From contig OZ251997.1 in NCBI GenBank assembly GCA_965247095.1, positions 2,048,001 through 2,112,000 of the forward strand: DNA of 64,000 nt, read 5' to 3'. The translations under genes were made by a program, and so were the position numbers. Position 1 is the stretch's first letter. Every line of letters begins with the position of its first letter. Source of the DNA: Candidatus Multivorans sp. GTDB taxonomy: Bacteria; Acidobacteriota; Thermoanaerobaculia; Multivoradales; Multivoraceae. The notes beneath the pieces were generated by a model that was not told where the DNA came from, did no database searches, and saw only the letters and a program-made list of their open reading frames with translations. Below, one piece after another: positions 34,632 to 45,267 of this stretch.

Positions 34632-37600
34632 ACCGTCTTCCCTTCGCTGCCGTGCTGGCCGCGGCTCTTGTTGTCGGCCCGGCCGCGGCCCAGGAAGTCG
34701 CCGACGAGGAGCCGAACCGCGGCGGCGAACCGCGGCACGAAGCGCTCGATCCCGCGTACGCGCTGGAACACCTCCACCCGGCCGAGGGCTACGAGGTCTC
34801 CCTGTTCGCTTCCGAGCAGGACTTCCCGATCGGCAACCCGGTGTCCATGACATTCGACTCCCAGGGCCGGCTCTGGGTGGCGACCATGCCGTCCTATCCG
34901 CAGCGCCTGCCGAACGAGGAACCGGACGACAAGATCATCATCCTCGAGGACCGGGACGGCGACGGCCGCGCCGATCACCACACGGTCTTCGCACGCGGCC
35001 TGCACCTGCCCACCGGCTTCGAACTCGGCGACGGCGGCGCCTACGTGGCGCAGCAGCCGAATCTGATGTTCATCCAGGACACCGACGGCGACGACGTGGC
35101 CGACCGCTACGAGGTCATCCTCCACGGCTTCGGCACCGAGGACAGCCACCACTCGATCTCCGCCTTCACCTGGGGTCCGGGCGGCGCGCTCTACTTCCAG
35201 GAGGGCACCTTCCACCACAGCCAGGTCGAGACCCCCTACGGCCCGGTGCGCCTGGTCGACGCCGGGGTCTTCCGCTACAAGCCCCAGCGCTTCCAGCTCG
35301 AGGTCTTCGTCTCGTACCCGTTCGCCAATCCGTGGGGGCACATCTTCGACCGCTGGGGCCAGAACTTCATCGCCGACGCCTCCGGCGGCGCGAACTACTT
35401 CGGCGCCCCGATCACCGGCAACGCGCCCTACCCGACGAAGCGACGACGGATGAAGGTGTTCACACAGGTCGTCCGGCCGACCTCCGGCTGCGAGATCGTC
35501 AGCTCGCGCCACTTTCCCGACGAGGCCCAGGGCAACTTCCTGGTCAACAACACGATCGGCTTTCAGGGCATCAAGCAGCACCGCGTGATCGAGGAGGATT
35601 CGGGCTTCACCTCGGAGGAGGTCGAGCCCCTCCTCTACTCGACGGACATCAACTTCCGGCCCGTCGACCTGCAGTTCGCGCCGGACGGCTCGCTCTACCT
35701 GGTCGACTGGTTCAACCCCCTGATCGGCCACATGCAGTACTCGCTGCGCGACGAGCGGCGCGACCACGACCATGGCCGCGTCTGGCGCGTGCGGTACACT
35801 GGCAAGCCCCTGCTCAACCCGCCGGAGATCGCCGACGCCTCGACCCCGGCGCTGATCCGTCTGCTCGAGAGCTACGAGGATCGCACCCGTTACCGCGTCC
35901 GCCGGGAACTGCGGGAACGCCCGAGGGACCAGGTCCTGGCCGCGCTGCGTGACTGGCTCGATGGCTTTGATGTGCGGGAGAGCCGCCAAAGCCGCTTCCA
36001 GGCCGGGCAAGAGACGGGCGCCGACGAGGACGACCGGGCCGACGAGGACGGCCAGAAGAAGGTCGCCGGATTCGAACACCACCGCCTGGAGGGGCTCTGG
36101 CTCTACCAGAGCCTGAACGTCGTCGAACCCGATCTCCTGGCCCGGATGCTCCGTTCGCCCGAACCGCGGGCGCGGGCCGCCGCGACCCGGGTGGCCCGCT
36201 TCCGGCGCCGCGAACTCGACGAGCCGCTGGCGATCCTGGCCACCCAGGTCGAGGACGAGTTTCCGCGCGCCCGGCTCGAAGCACTGCTGGGCTTAAGCTA
36301 CCTGGAGTCGGAACCGGCGGCGCTGGCGGCACTCGGAGCGCTCGATCGGCCCACCGACTACTACCTCGACTACACCCTGGGCGAAACCGTCGACACGCTG
36401 GCGCCCTGGTGGCAGCCCGCGCTCGCTCCCAACCGCGAGCCTCCCCTGCTCGACGAGCTGCCGGCCGCCGCGGGCGAGTATCTGCTCAGCCGCCTGTCCA
36501 CGCGGGACCTGGAACAGCTCGCGGCCCATCCGCTGGCCGACCGTGCGCTGCTGCGCCGCGCCGGGGCGAGCGTCGAACGCCAACGCCAGGCCATCGCCAA
36601 CCTGGCCGCGGGCCGCGCGACGACCAACGCCGAAGACGCACCGATCAACATCGCGGAAGCTGCCACGGCCCTGCTGATGGAAGAACTGGGCCGCCTCGAC
36701 CGGGTCGACCCTCCCGCACCGGAGACCGTCGACCGGATCGTTCTCCACCTGCTGGAGCGGACGGCCGCTGCACTGGGTACAGCGCAGCCGGCGCTTCGCG
36801 AGCTGGCGGCGGACGGCGCCCGCCAGAAGGTTCGAAGCGGCGCCATGGCCGCCCTGATGGTGGCCGCAGGCGACACGTCGCCACGGAGCGTGCTGCCCCG
36901 CCGGCCGGCGCCGAACCAACTGGTCGACTGGCTGCGAGCCATAGACGCCCTGCCGGTCTCGCTGCGTGACGATGCCTATCCATCGGTGTCCTCGCTCTTC
37001 GACGACCGGCGCGGCCCGGACCGGCAACGGGTGCTCGAAGCGGCTGTGCATACGCTGGCCGGTATTGTCCGCGACGCCGGCAGGAGCTTTGAACGGCTGG
37101 CTGGTCTGACCGCCGATCCCGCGATCGGCCTGGCCGCGCTCGAGGGTCTCGGGCAACTGACGGCCGAGGCGCCGGACGCCTGGCCGGCGGACGGCGGCGA
37201 AGAAGCCCTCGCCGCCCCGATCGTCGCCGCGATCGAGGACGCCGATCCGCGCGACCTCAGCTCGCCACGCTTCCGGCGCATTCACGACCTGGGCCTCCGG
37301 GTCGCCGACCGGATGATCGAGCGGAACGGGGACGCACGCGGCGCCGAACTGCGCGAGGAGCTCGTCAACCTCGGGCCGGCGATCGTGATGCTGCGGCCCG
37401 TCCCCCACCAGATGCTCTTCGACCTCGAGGAGTTCACGGTGCGGGCCGGCGGACCGGTCGAGATCACCTTCGAGAACATCGACGTGATGCCCCACAACGT
37501 CGTCGTCACGCGACCGGGGGCGCTGGAGGAAGTGGGCCGCGCAGCCGATGCCGAGGCGGAGCGCAACCCGGCCACAGCCGTTGCCTCGGGCTACGTTCCG

Positions 37601-38326
37601 AAGACGCCCCTGGTCCTGTTCAAGACCGGTCTGGTCCAGCCGGGCGGCACGGAGGTGCTGAGCTTCACCGCTCCGAAGTCACCCGGCCTCTACCCCTTCG
37701 TCTGCACCTTCCCCGGCCACTGGATCCTGATGAAGGGCACGATGCGCGTGGTCGAGCGGCTCGACGGAACCGCGGTCACCCGCTACGCCGCGCCGCGCCT
37801 CGCTCCCGACGTGCCCCAGCGAGCCTTTGTCGCCGACTGGAGCTACGACATGCTGGAGATCGACGTCGGCGAACTCATGGCGGCGACGGCGCCGCCCGCG
37901 GCCGCCGAGCAGCTCGACCGCGGCAGGCGACTCTTTGTCGAAACCGGCTGCGCCACCTGCCATCAGCTCGGCGGCGCCGGCGGTGAGATCGGTCCTGCCC
38001 TGGACGACATAGGCGTTCGCTTGACCGCGCTCGACACCCTGCGGCACATCCTCGAACCCTCGGGCGAGGTGGCCGAGGACTACCGCACCTGGCTCGTCGA
38101 AACCCGCGACGGCCGCTTCTACTCCGGGCTTCTCGCCTCCGCCGACGACCGCTCCGTCCGCATCCGTTCGAACCCCCTGGACCCGAACCACGTCGAGACG
38201 ATTCCGCGCGAGGAGGTCGAGAGCCTCGACGAGTCCTCCCTTTCGACCATGCCCAGCGGCCTCCTCAGCACGCTCCAACCGTCGGAGGTCCAGGATCTGA
38301 TCCGCTACGTCCTGCACTCGCCGTGA
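34628..38326 (+). CDS. PVC-type putative dehydrogenase beta-propeller + HEAT repeats + azurin-like cupredoxin + c-type heme domain
   Basis: LFASE..NPV.M.FD..GRLWVA, GFGTEDSHH, FRPVD..FAPDGSLY..DW; type-1 Cu site MPHN..CTFPGH...M; CATCH..IGP.L..S.MP.GL. Confidence 0.88.
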   Translation: MNRLPFAAVLAAALVVGPAAAQEVADEEPNRGGEPRHEALDPAYALEHLHPAEGYEVSLFASEQDFPIGNPVSMTFDSQGRLWVATMPSYPQRLPNEEPDDKIIILEDRDGDGRADHHTVFARGLHLPTGFELGDGGAYVAQQPNLMFIQDTDGDDVADRYEVILHGFGTEDSHHSISAFTWGPGGALYFQEGTFHHSQVETPYGPVRLVDAGVFRYKPQRFQLEVFVSYPFANPWGHIFDRWGQNFIADASGGANYFGAPITGNAPYPTKRRRMKVFTQVVRPTSGCEIVSSRHFPDEAQGNFLVNNTIGFQGIKQHRVIEEDSGFTSEEVEPLLYSTDINFRPVDLQFAPDGSLYLVDWFNPLIGHMQYSLRDERRDHDHGRVWRVRYTGKPLLNPPEIADASTPALIRLLESYEDRTRYRVRRELRERPRDQVLAALRDWLDGFDVRESRQSRFQAGQETGADEDDRADEDGQKKVAGFEHHRLEGLWLYQSLNVVEPDLLARMLRSPEPRARAAATRVARFRRRELDEPLAILATQVEDEFPRARLEALLGLSYLESEPAALAALGALDRPTDYYLDYTLGETVDTLAPWWQPALAPNREPPLLDELPAAAGEYLLSRLSTRDLEQLAAHPLADRALLRRAGASVERQRQAIANLAAGRATTNAEDAPINIAEAATALLMEELGRLDRVDPPAPETVDRIVLHLLERTAAALGTAQPALRELAADGARQKVRSGAMAALMVAAGDTSPRSVLPRRPAPNQLVDWLRAIDALPVSLRDDAYPSVSSLFDDRRGPDRQRVLEAAVHTLAGIVRDAGRSFERLAGLTADPAIGLAALEGLGQLTAEAPDAWPADGGEEALAAPIVAAIEDADPRDLSSPRFRRIHDLGLRVADRMIERNGDARGAELREELVNLGPAIVMLRPVPHQMLFDLEEFTVRAGGPVEITFENIDVMPHNVVVTRPGALEEVGRAADAEAERNPATAVASGYVPKTPLVLFKTGLVQPGGTEVLSFTAPKSPGLYPFVCTFPGHWILMKGTMRVVERLDGTAVTRYAAPRLAPDVPQRAFVADWSYDMLEIDVGELMAATAPPAAAEQLDRGRRLFVETGCATCHQLGGAGGEIGPALDDIGVRLTALDTLRHILEPSGEVAEDYRTWLVETRDGRFYSGLLASADDRSVRIRSNPLDPNHVETIPREEVESLDESSLSTMPSGLLSTLQPSEVQDLIRYVLHSP

Positions 38327-40866
38327 TGCGCAAGTGCTGCTGGCGGCCCGTCGTCCTCCTGTCCGCCGCGGCGGCAGCCGGCGCACCGGCGGCGGCTCAG
38401 CACGGCGCCGTAGGCGGGGAATGGCGCGAGTACGGCGGCGACGCCGGCGGCACCAAGTACGCGCCGCTCGGGCAGATTCACCGCGGCAACGTTCAGGACA
38501 TCGAAGTGCGCTGGCGCTGGGCCTCGCCCGACAACGCGATCGCCGAACCGGGCGGGGAACAGAGCATCGTCGCGTTCGAGTCGACGCCCCTGATGATCGG
38601 CGGCGTGCTCTACACGAGTACGTCCTTCAGTCAAGCGGCAGCGGTCGACGGGGAAACCGGTGAGCAGATCTGGGTCTACGATCCGAAAAGCTACCTGTCC
38701 GGCCGCCCCCCGAACAACGGCTTTCTCCACCGCGGCCTCGCCTACTGGACCGACGGCGAAACGGAGACCGTCTACCTCGCCACCGGCGACGCCCGCCTGA
38801 TCGCGCTCGATCCGGCCACCGGCACGCCCCGGACGGGCTTCGGCAGCGGCGGCACGGTCGAGCTCGCCGCGGGCATTCGTTCCCTCAGCGGCACGTCAGA
38901 CCAGTACGGACACACCTCGCCGCCGGCAGTGGTCGGCGACGTGCTGGTCGTCGGCTCGTCGGTCATGGACTGGGCGCCGCGGCCCGAGTGGCCGCCGGGT
39001 GACGTCCGCGGCTACGACGCCAGGACGGGCCGGCGCCTGTGGACCTTCCACACCGTGCCGCGACCGGGCCAGCTCGGCTACTCGACCTGGCAGAACGGCG
39101 CCGCCGAGCGCGTCGGCGGAGCGAACGTGTGGGCGCCGATGACCGCCGACCCGGAGCTCGGCTATGTCTACCTGCCCGTCAGCGCGCCGTCGAACCACTT
39201 CTACGGCGGTCATCGCAAGGGCGACAACCTGTTCGCCAACAGCCTGGTCTGCCTCGACGCCAGGACCGGCCGCCGCGTGTGGCACTACCAGGTCGTCCAC
39301 CACGACGTCTGGGACTTCGACCTCCCGTCGCCGCCCAACCTCGTCGATATCATCGTCGGCGGCAGGGACATCCCCGCCGTCGCCCTGGTCACGAAGCAGG
39401 GCTGGGTCTTCGTCTTCGACCGCCGCAACGGCAAGCCGGTGTGGCCGATCCACGAGGTTCCGGCGCCCCAGTCCCAGGCGCCGGGCGAACGGACGGCGCT
39501 GACACAGCCCCGGCCGACGAAGCCGCCTCCCTTCGACCGCCAGGGAATCGCTCGGGAACAACTCACCCAGGGCGCTGAAGAGGTGCTCGCCGACCTCGAC
39601 TGGGGGCCGATCTACACGCCGCCGTCCACGCGCGGCGCCGTCATCTACCCGGGCCTCGGCGGCGGCGCGAACTGGGGCGGCGCGGCGTTCGATCCCACCG
39701 ATTCGACCCTCTACGTGCCGGTGCTCGGAGTCGTCCCGTTCGTGGTCCGCCTCAACTACTCGGGTATCCCTGACTATCTTCTCTACGAGACATCCATCCT
39801 CGGCGCCCCGGGCAACCGTTACCTGCTCAAGCCGCCGTGGGGTCACATCACCGCCTACGACCTCGACCGCGGCGAGATGCTCTGGCAGCGGACGAACGAC
39901 GGGTTCGACGGCTACGCCGGCACCGCGTCTCTCCTCGCCACCCAGGAACTCCTCTTCTACGCCAACCGGTCGCGGCCGGTGCTGACCGTCCTCGACGCCG
40001 CGAACGGCGATGTGCTCCGCACCATCCCCCTGCCGGGCCGCGCCTCCGGCGTACCGATGAGCTACACCGCCTCCGGCCGCCAGTACGTCGTCGTCGCGGT
40101 GGGCGCCGACGGCGATGACGCCGAACTGGTCGCCCTCTCCTTAGCCTCTGACCTGCCGGAGCAGCACCCCGGCACCCTGGGATTCGCCGTCACTACAACC
40201 GCGGTGCGGGAATCCGACGGTGAGGTCACCTTGAGCGTGGTCCGCGCCGGCGGCAGCGACGGCGCCGTCAGCGTCAACTTGCGGACGGCCGGCGGCTCCG
40301 CCACCCCGGATGTCGACTACGAGCCGGTTGCCCGGACTCTCGCCTGGGGCCACGGCGACAGCGCCGCAAGAACGCTGAGCCTCCAACTCCTGGCCGACGC
40401 CGTGAACGAGGAAGCCGAGACGATCGAGCTCGAACTCGACGATCCCCGCGGCGGCGCCGCTCTCGGCGACCGGCGCATGGTCGTGACCGTCGACGACGGC
40501 ACAAGCACACCGATCGGGGAATGCGTCGCCGACGCGACCACTCTGTGCCTCAACGGCGGCCGCTTCCGCGTCCGCGTCCGCTACGCCACCGCCCTCGGCG
40601 AAACCGGATACGGCGATGGCGTCCTGCTCACGGAAGACACCGGGTACTTCACCTTCTTCAACCCCTCGAACATCGAGATCGTGGTGAAGGTCCTCGACGG
40701 CTGCGCGCTGAACGGCAGGTACTGGCTCTACGCCACCGGGCTCACGGACCTCGACGTCGAGCTGGAAGTCGCCGATCCACTGACCCAGACCCGACATGTC
40801 CTCGTGAGTCCGCTCCAGGAAGCGTTCCAGCCCATCGCGGACACCAGGGCCTTCGACTGCCAGTAG
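38323..40866 (+). CDS. PQQ-dependent glucose/quinate-type dehydrogenase fused to Calx-beta and the conserved 4-Cys C-terminal domain
   Basis: EW..YGGD..KYAPL.QI...NV, GGANVWAPM, WHYQ.VHHD.WDFD and GGANWGGAAFDP; Calx-beta V.R.GGSDGAVSV...T.GGSA....DY; C-terminal KVLDGC domain. Confidence 0.88.
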   Translation: MMRKCCWRPVVLLSAAAAAGAPAAAQHGAVGGEWREYGGDAGGTKYAPLGQIHRGNVQDIEVRWRWASPDNAIAEPGGEQSIVAFESTPLMIGGVLYTSTSFSQAAAVDGETGEQIWVYDPKSYLSGRPPNNGFLHRGLAYWTDGETETVYLATGDARLIALDPATGTPRTGFGSGGTVELAAGIRSLSGTSDQYGHTSPPAVVGDVLVVGSSVMDWAPRPEWPPGDVRGYDARTGRRLWTFHTVPRPGQLGYSTWQNGAAERVGGANVWAPMTADPELGYVYLPVSAPSNHFYGGHRKGDNLFANSLVCLDARTGRRVWHYQVVHHDVWDFDLPSPPNLVDIIVGGRDIPAVALVTKQGWVFVFDRRNGKPVWPIHEVPAPQSQAPGERTALTQPRPTKPPPFDRQGIAREQLTQGAEEVLADLDWGPIYTPPSTRGAVIYPGLGGGANWGGAAFDPTDSTLYVPVLGVVPFVVRLNYSGIPDYLLYETSILGAPGNRYLLKPPWGHITAYDLDRGEMLWQRTNDGFDGYAGTASLLATQELLFYANRSRPVLTVLDAANGDVLRTIPLPGRASGVPMSYTASGRQYVVVAVGADGDDAELVALSLASDLPEQHPGTLGFAVTTTAVRESDGEVTLSVVRAGGSDGAVSVNLRTAGGSATPDVDYEPVARTLAWGHGDSAARTLSLQLLADAVNEEAETIELELDDPRGGAALGDRRMVVTVDDGTSTPIGECVADATTLCLNGGRFRVRVRYATALGETGYGDGVLLTEDTGYFTFFNPSNIEIVVKVLDGCALNGRYWLYATGLTDLDVELEVADPLTQTRHVLVSPLQEAFQPIADTRAFDCQ

Positions 40867-40869
40867 CAG

Positions 40870-41436
40870 TCACTCCACGGCGAACAGAGCCCTGAGCGCC
40901 GCGTCGAGCGTCGCCCCTCGCCTGTCGACGGCGACCAACCGACCGTGGCGGTCGAACAGCAGCGACCGCGGCGGGTACTCCACCTGGAAGCGCCGTGCCA
41001 CGGACCCGCTCGCGCCCCGTCCATCGAGTACGACGGGCCAGGTGACGCCGTGCCGGCGGCCGAAGCTCCGCAAGTCGCGGCGCGCCGAGCGGTCGAGCGA
41101 GACGGACAGGATGACCAATCCCCGGTCGCCGTAGGCCGCACTGGCCCGTTCGAGATGGGGAAAGTCGGCAAGGCAGGGAGCGCACCAGGTGGCCCAGAAC
41201 TCGAGCAGAACGACGCGATTCTCAAGATCGGCCGCGGCCCAGACCCGGCCGTCGACATCCCGCACTTCGAGATCCGCCCACACTTCAGCTAGCCCGGGGC
41301 CGCGGGCGCCCTGAGGTACTGGCAGGTCCGCACGACCGGGAGAGGATCCTCCATCCAGTGCGAACCCGGCCGGCACCGCCAAGGCGAGAGCCAGCGTCGC
41401 CGCCGGAGCAAGCCGGAGAACGGACCGGCGCGGCAC
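40870..41436 (-). CDS. TlpA-family thiol-disulfide oxidoreductase (copy 1)
   Basis: Signal peptide; LEFWATWCAPC; YPP cis-Pro; coupled to the TonB receptor stop codon. Confidence 0.9.
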   Translation of the reverse strand: MPRRSVLRLAPAATLALALAVPAGFALDGGSSPGRADLPVPQGARGPGLAEVWADLEVRDVDGRVWAAADLENRVVLLEFWATWCAPCLADFPHLERASAAYGDRGLVILSVSLDRSARRDLRSFGRRHGVTWPVVLDGRGASGSVARRFQVEYPPRSLLFDRHGRLVAVDRRGATLDAALRALFAVE

Positions 41437-43753
41437 TACAGGTCCACCTTCAGGCCGATGGCGATGCTGCGCGGGAACCTCGGCCCGTAGACGTAGCCGG
41501 GGTCCCGCAACGGCCCCCGGTCCAGGTCGCGCTGGTACTCGTCGGTCAGGTTCTTGAGCGCGAGCGTAGCCGTGATCCGGCGGTCAGCGCCGAGCGCGAA
41601 CCGCCGGGACAGTCCGAGGTCCCAGGTCAGGAAGCTGGGGGTGACTTCGAGGCGATCCTCGCCGATGTAGCCGGCGTAGTGCGGCGCCAGCATCGAACCG
41701 GTGTAACGGAGCCCGGCGAACAGGGTCAGCCCGCGAGACAGCGGCCAACGCGCGGTCGCCGTGCCGTAACGCTCGGGAGTCCGGAACATGGATGTACTGC
41801 CGAAGTCCGGCTCGGCATGGCCGAACTCGGCCCACTGCCACGCGTAGCCCGCGTCGAGGGTCAGGCCGCCGCGCCGGAGACCCCAGCCCATCTCGACGCC
41901 GCGCACCCGGGCGCGACCGAAGTTGGTGCGCAAGAACTCCAGTTCCGAGGTCGCAGGGTCGTCGGCCTCCAGACGGTGGAACAGATCGTCGATCCGGGTG
42001 TCGAAGAACGTCGAGTCGATCGCCATCGACGTGCGGCGGCCAACCATCGGCCGCCACTCGAGGCTCACCATGCGCGCCACGGAGGTCTCCTCGCGCAGCC
42101 TGGGGTCGTCGCGCACCACCATCGCCTTGCCGCCAACCAGCGCGATATGGAGCTCCTCGTCGAACACCGGCGGCGGCAGGAAGCCGGCGCTACGGGAAAC
42201 ACGGAGGGTCAGGTCGCTCCGAGGCGTCCACATCAGCGCCGCCCGCGGCGAGACGATCGACCCATCGACCGCGCTATGCCAATCCGCCCTCGCTCCGTAG
42301 AGCAGGGTCACGTGGTCGCCGATCCGCCGGTCGTCCTGGACGAAGCCGGAGACGGTCCGGTAGGTCTCCCGGATCATGCGCCTGTAGGCCGGTTGCCGGT
42401 CGTCGATCAGGTCGCGAGAGGCCTGGACGCCGAAGCTCACCGTGTCCTCGGCGCCGCCGCGATTGACGTGGGAGTCGAAGATCCACAACGGGTTGCGGGT
42501 CGAGCCGAAGGCGCCGGGATCTCCGCCCGCACCGTAGTAGCTGGCGCGTTCGGTGAGGGCGTGGGAAGCAGTCGCGCGCCAGTCCCAGCGTGGCGACACC
42601 GTGTGCAGCCAGGAGACGCCGGCGCCGTGCCGGTTGGAGTCCACCTGCTCGGCGACCTGTACCTGCTCGGGCGGCAGGTGCAGCCTGTCGCCGCCGCGCC
42701 GGAACTCGCCCATGTAGCTGACCTCGGCGGCGAGCCTCGCCGCACCGTCCATGAAGAACTCGTGGTAGCGGGCGCCGACGGCGTCGAGGTCGCGGATCGA
42801 GACATCGCTGAAGCCGTCCACGTCCACGTCGACCGGCGCCACACGGTCGACCTGGCCGTAGAACGTCGCCGCCCGGTTCGCTCCGGGCGTCCAGTCGGCG
42901 ACCAGGCTGTAGAACGGGCTCTCCGCGGAACCGCCGGCGCCGCTCATCCTCTCCGCGCGCGCATCCGCCTCGATGTGCGTGTGGTCCGGATGATGAGGAA
43001 TCAGGTTGATCACACCGGCGACGGCGCCGGCGCCGTAGGCCGGAGAACCGCCGCCCTTGACCACCTCGATACTGTCGATCAAGCGGGCCGGCAACTGCTC
43101 GATGCCGTAGACCATCGCCAGCGACGACAGCGTCGGTTGACCGTCGACCAGGAGTTGCGAGTACGGACCCTCGAGCCCCAACAGCCGGATCTGGGAGGAG
43201 TTACAGCTCTGGCACGTCGACTCCACGCGCACGCCCCGCGTCCACTCGACGGCGTCCGCCAGAGTGCGCGCGGCGACGCTCTCGATCTGCGAGCGCGGCA
43301 TCGTCTGCACGTAGAGAGGCACGTCCGCCAGACGCTTCTCGGTCCGCGTAGCACTGACCACCATCTCCTCGCCGAAAACGGGACGAAGCTGAATGTCAAG
43401 CTCCACCAGGTCCTGGCCTTCGACCTGGAATCCCTGCTCAGCCAGACCGTAGCCCTCCGCGTAGACGACGAGCACATGCTCGCCTGGGCTCACCGGGTCC
43501 AGACAGAAGCGGCCGTCCTCGACGTCACCACTGTGGTGGACGACGTCGTCAAGGTCACGGCGGCGCCGACCACCGGCCGGCCGGAGGGCGACAGGACCGC
43601 GCCCTGGACGCCGGCGTCCACGGGACATGCGTCGGCCGTCGCCGGCGCGGCCGGAAACAGCGCCAGCACAGCCAATGCGCCGAACAACAGGCTCGGACGC
43701 CGTCGCGACGGCCGCGTCGGCGGGTCGATTCCTGATGGCCGTCCCCATCTCAT
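41436..43753 (-). pseudogene. TonB-dependent receptor with CxxC plug motif (copy 1), frameshifted at ~43520
   Basis: Signal peptide and N-terminus (43490-43753 frame) join the receptor frame if one G is added (TS-E-DGRFCL), matching the paralog's SSGDGRFCL. The rest is colinear with 45837-48140. Confidence 0.85.
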
Positions 43754-43875
43754 CCTGTTGATGGCAACGCGACGGAACGACGATCTGTTCCCGAGGGTCG
43801 TTCGGTCGGGCAGACCGAGCGAGGAGTCGCGCCGTTACCGCGGCCTGACCAGGGGACGCGCCGCCCGAGCTACAG

Positions 43876-45249
43876 CTAAGGGGGTGGCGCAGCCGCCCTC
43901 AGACGCTCGAACGCCTCCATCTGAACCTTCGCCTCCCCGCCGCGACCCAGCGACGAGAGAACCCGGCCATAGTTGAAGCGAAGCGCCGCGTTGGTGTCGA
44001 GTCCGAGCGCCAGAGCCCGCTCCATCCGCTCCGCGGCCTCGGCCGGACGGCCGGCCTCGGCGGCGATCATTCCAAGCAGCGCATGCGCCTCGCCGAGGTC
44101 GGGATCGAGCGCCAGCGCCCGCTCCAGCGCGGGGGCCGCATCCTCGGCGCGGCCGTCGGTGTGCAGGAACAGCCCCTCCAGGTAGTGGTGCTCAGCCCGG
44201 TTCGGCTGTCGGCGCCGCGCCTCCGCGACGCTCGCCGCGGCCTCGCCGGCGCGGTCCATGGAGAAGAGCACCTTGGCGCGCAGCGAGTGGATATCCGCGA
44301 TCCGCGGATGGTCCGGGTAGGTCTCGATCAGGCCGGCCAGGCGCTCGATGGCCGCTTCCATCTCGCTCTCCGCCGCCAGTTGCTGCGCCTCCGACAGCCC
44401 GGAAGCCACGTCAGCCGACGCCGCGCGTTCGGCCTCGGCGGCCTCATCCCGGGCGCTCTGCAGCGACCGGTAACGATCGAGCGCGGCCTGGGCGCGGTCC
44501 CGCTCGCCGCCCGCGGCAAGGGTCCGCCCGAGGCGGTACTGCACTTCAGAGTCGTCGGGCGCCAGCGCCTCAGCGGCGCGCAGGTGATCCAGCGCCTCGG
44601 GATACCGCCCCAACGTCGCCAGGATGTCCGCCGCTTCGAGGTGAATCACGAGCGGTTCTCCCGCGCCATCGTCCAGCGCGCGCTGCAGGTAGCCCAGAGC
44701 CTCCGCGCGGCGACCGGGATCGCGCGCCAGGGCGAGACCGCGGGCGCGGTCGAGACCGGAACTTCGCAGATCCGCGGCTGCGGCCGCATCGACCGCCGCG
44801 AGCGCCGCGGCCGCCAGGCCGTCCGCCAGCCGGAGCAGCGCCAACTGTTCGAAAACGTCGACACTGTCTATCCGCTGATCGACCGCCTCCTCCAGCAACC
44901 GGATCGCATCGCCCGTGCGGTCGAGGTCGCGAAGCAGCAGCGCCGGCGCCAGGTAGGCGGACGCCAGCTCATCCGACGGAACAACTGAGCTACCCGACGA
45001 CCCGTCCGACCGCAGCGCCCGTACCCGGGAGAACGCCGCGAGAGCATCCTCGACCCGGCCAAGGGCGGTCAGCATCCGGGCCACCATCAGCGCCGGCGCG
45101 AACTCCGAGGGGGCGCGCTCGGCCGCCGCGCGCGCATGCGCCAATGCGTCGACCGGATCGCCTGTTGCCGGGGCGAACTGACCTTGAATGGCCTGACGCG
45201 GAACGAAGGGCGCGAAGGCGATCAGGAGGAGAACGGCGACGCCGGACAC
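43876..45249 (-). CDS. Tetratricopeptide repeat protein (exported)
   Basis: Ala-rich helical repeats (ALERALALDPDLGEAHALLG, APDDSEVQYRLG); hydrophobic N-terminus. Confidence 0.82.
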   Translation of the reverse strand: MSGVAVLLLIAFAPFVPRQAIQGQFAPATGDPVDALAHARAAAERAPSEFAPALMVARMLTALGRVEDALAAFSRVRALRSDGSSGSSVVPSDELASAYLAPALLLRDLDRTGDAIRLLEEAVDQRIDSVDVFEQLALLRLADGLAAAALAAVDAAAAADLRSSGLDRARGLALARDPGRRAEALGYLQRALDDGAGEPLVIHLEAADILATLGRYPEALDHLRAAEALAPDDSEVQYRLGRTLAAGGERDRAQAALDRYRSLQSARDEAAEAERAASADVASGLSEAQQLAAESEMEAAIERLAGLIETYPDHPRIADIHSLRAKVLFSMDRAGEAAASVAEARRRQPNRAEHHYLEGLFLHTDGRAEDAAPALERALALDPDLGEAHALLGMIAAEAGRPAEAAERMERALALGLDTNAALRFNYGRVLSSLGRGGEAKVQMEAFERLRAAAPPP

Positions 45250-45267
45250 GGGCGGTCAGCGTAGCAG

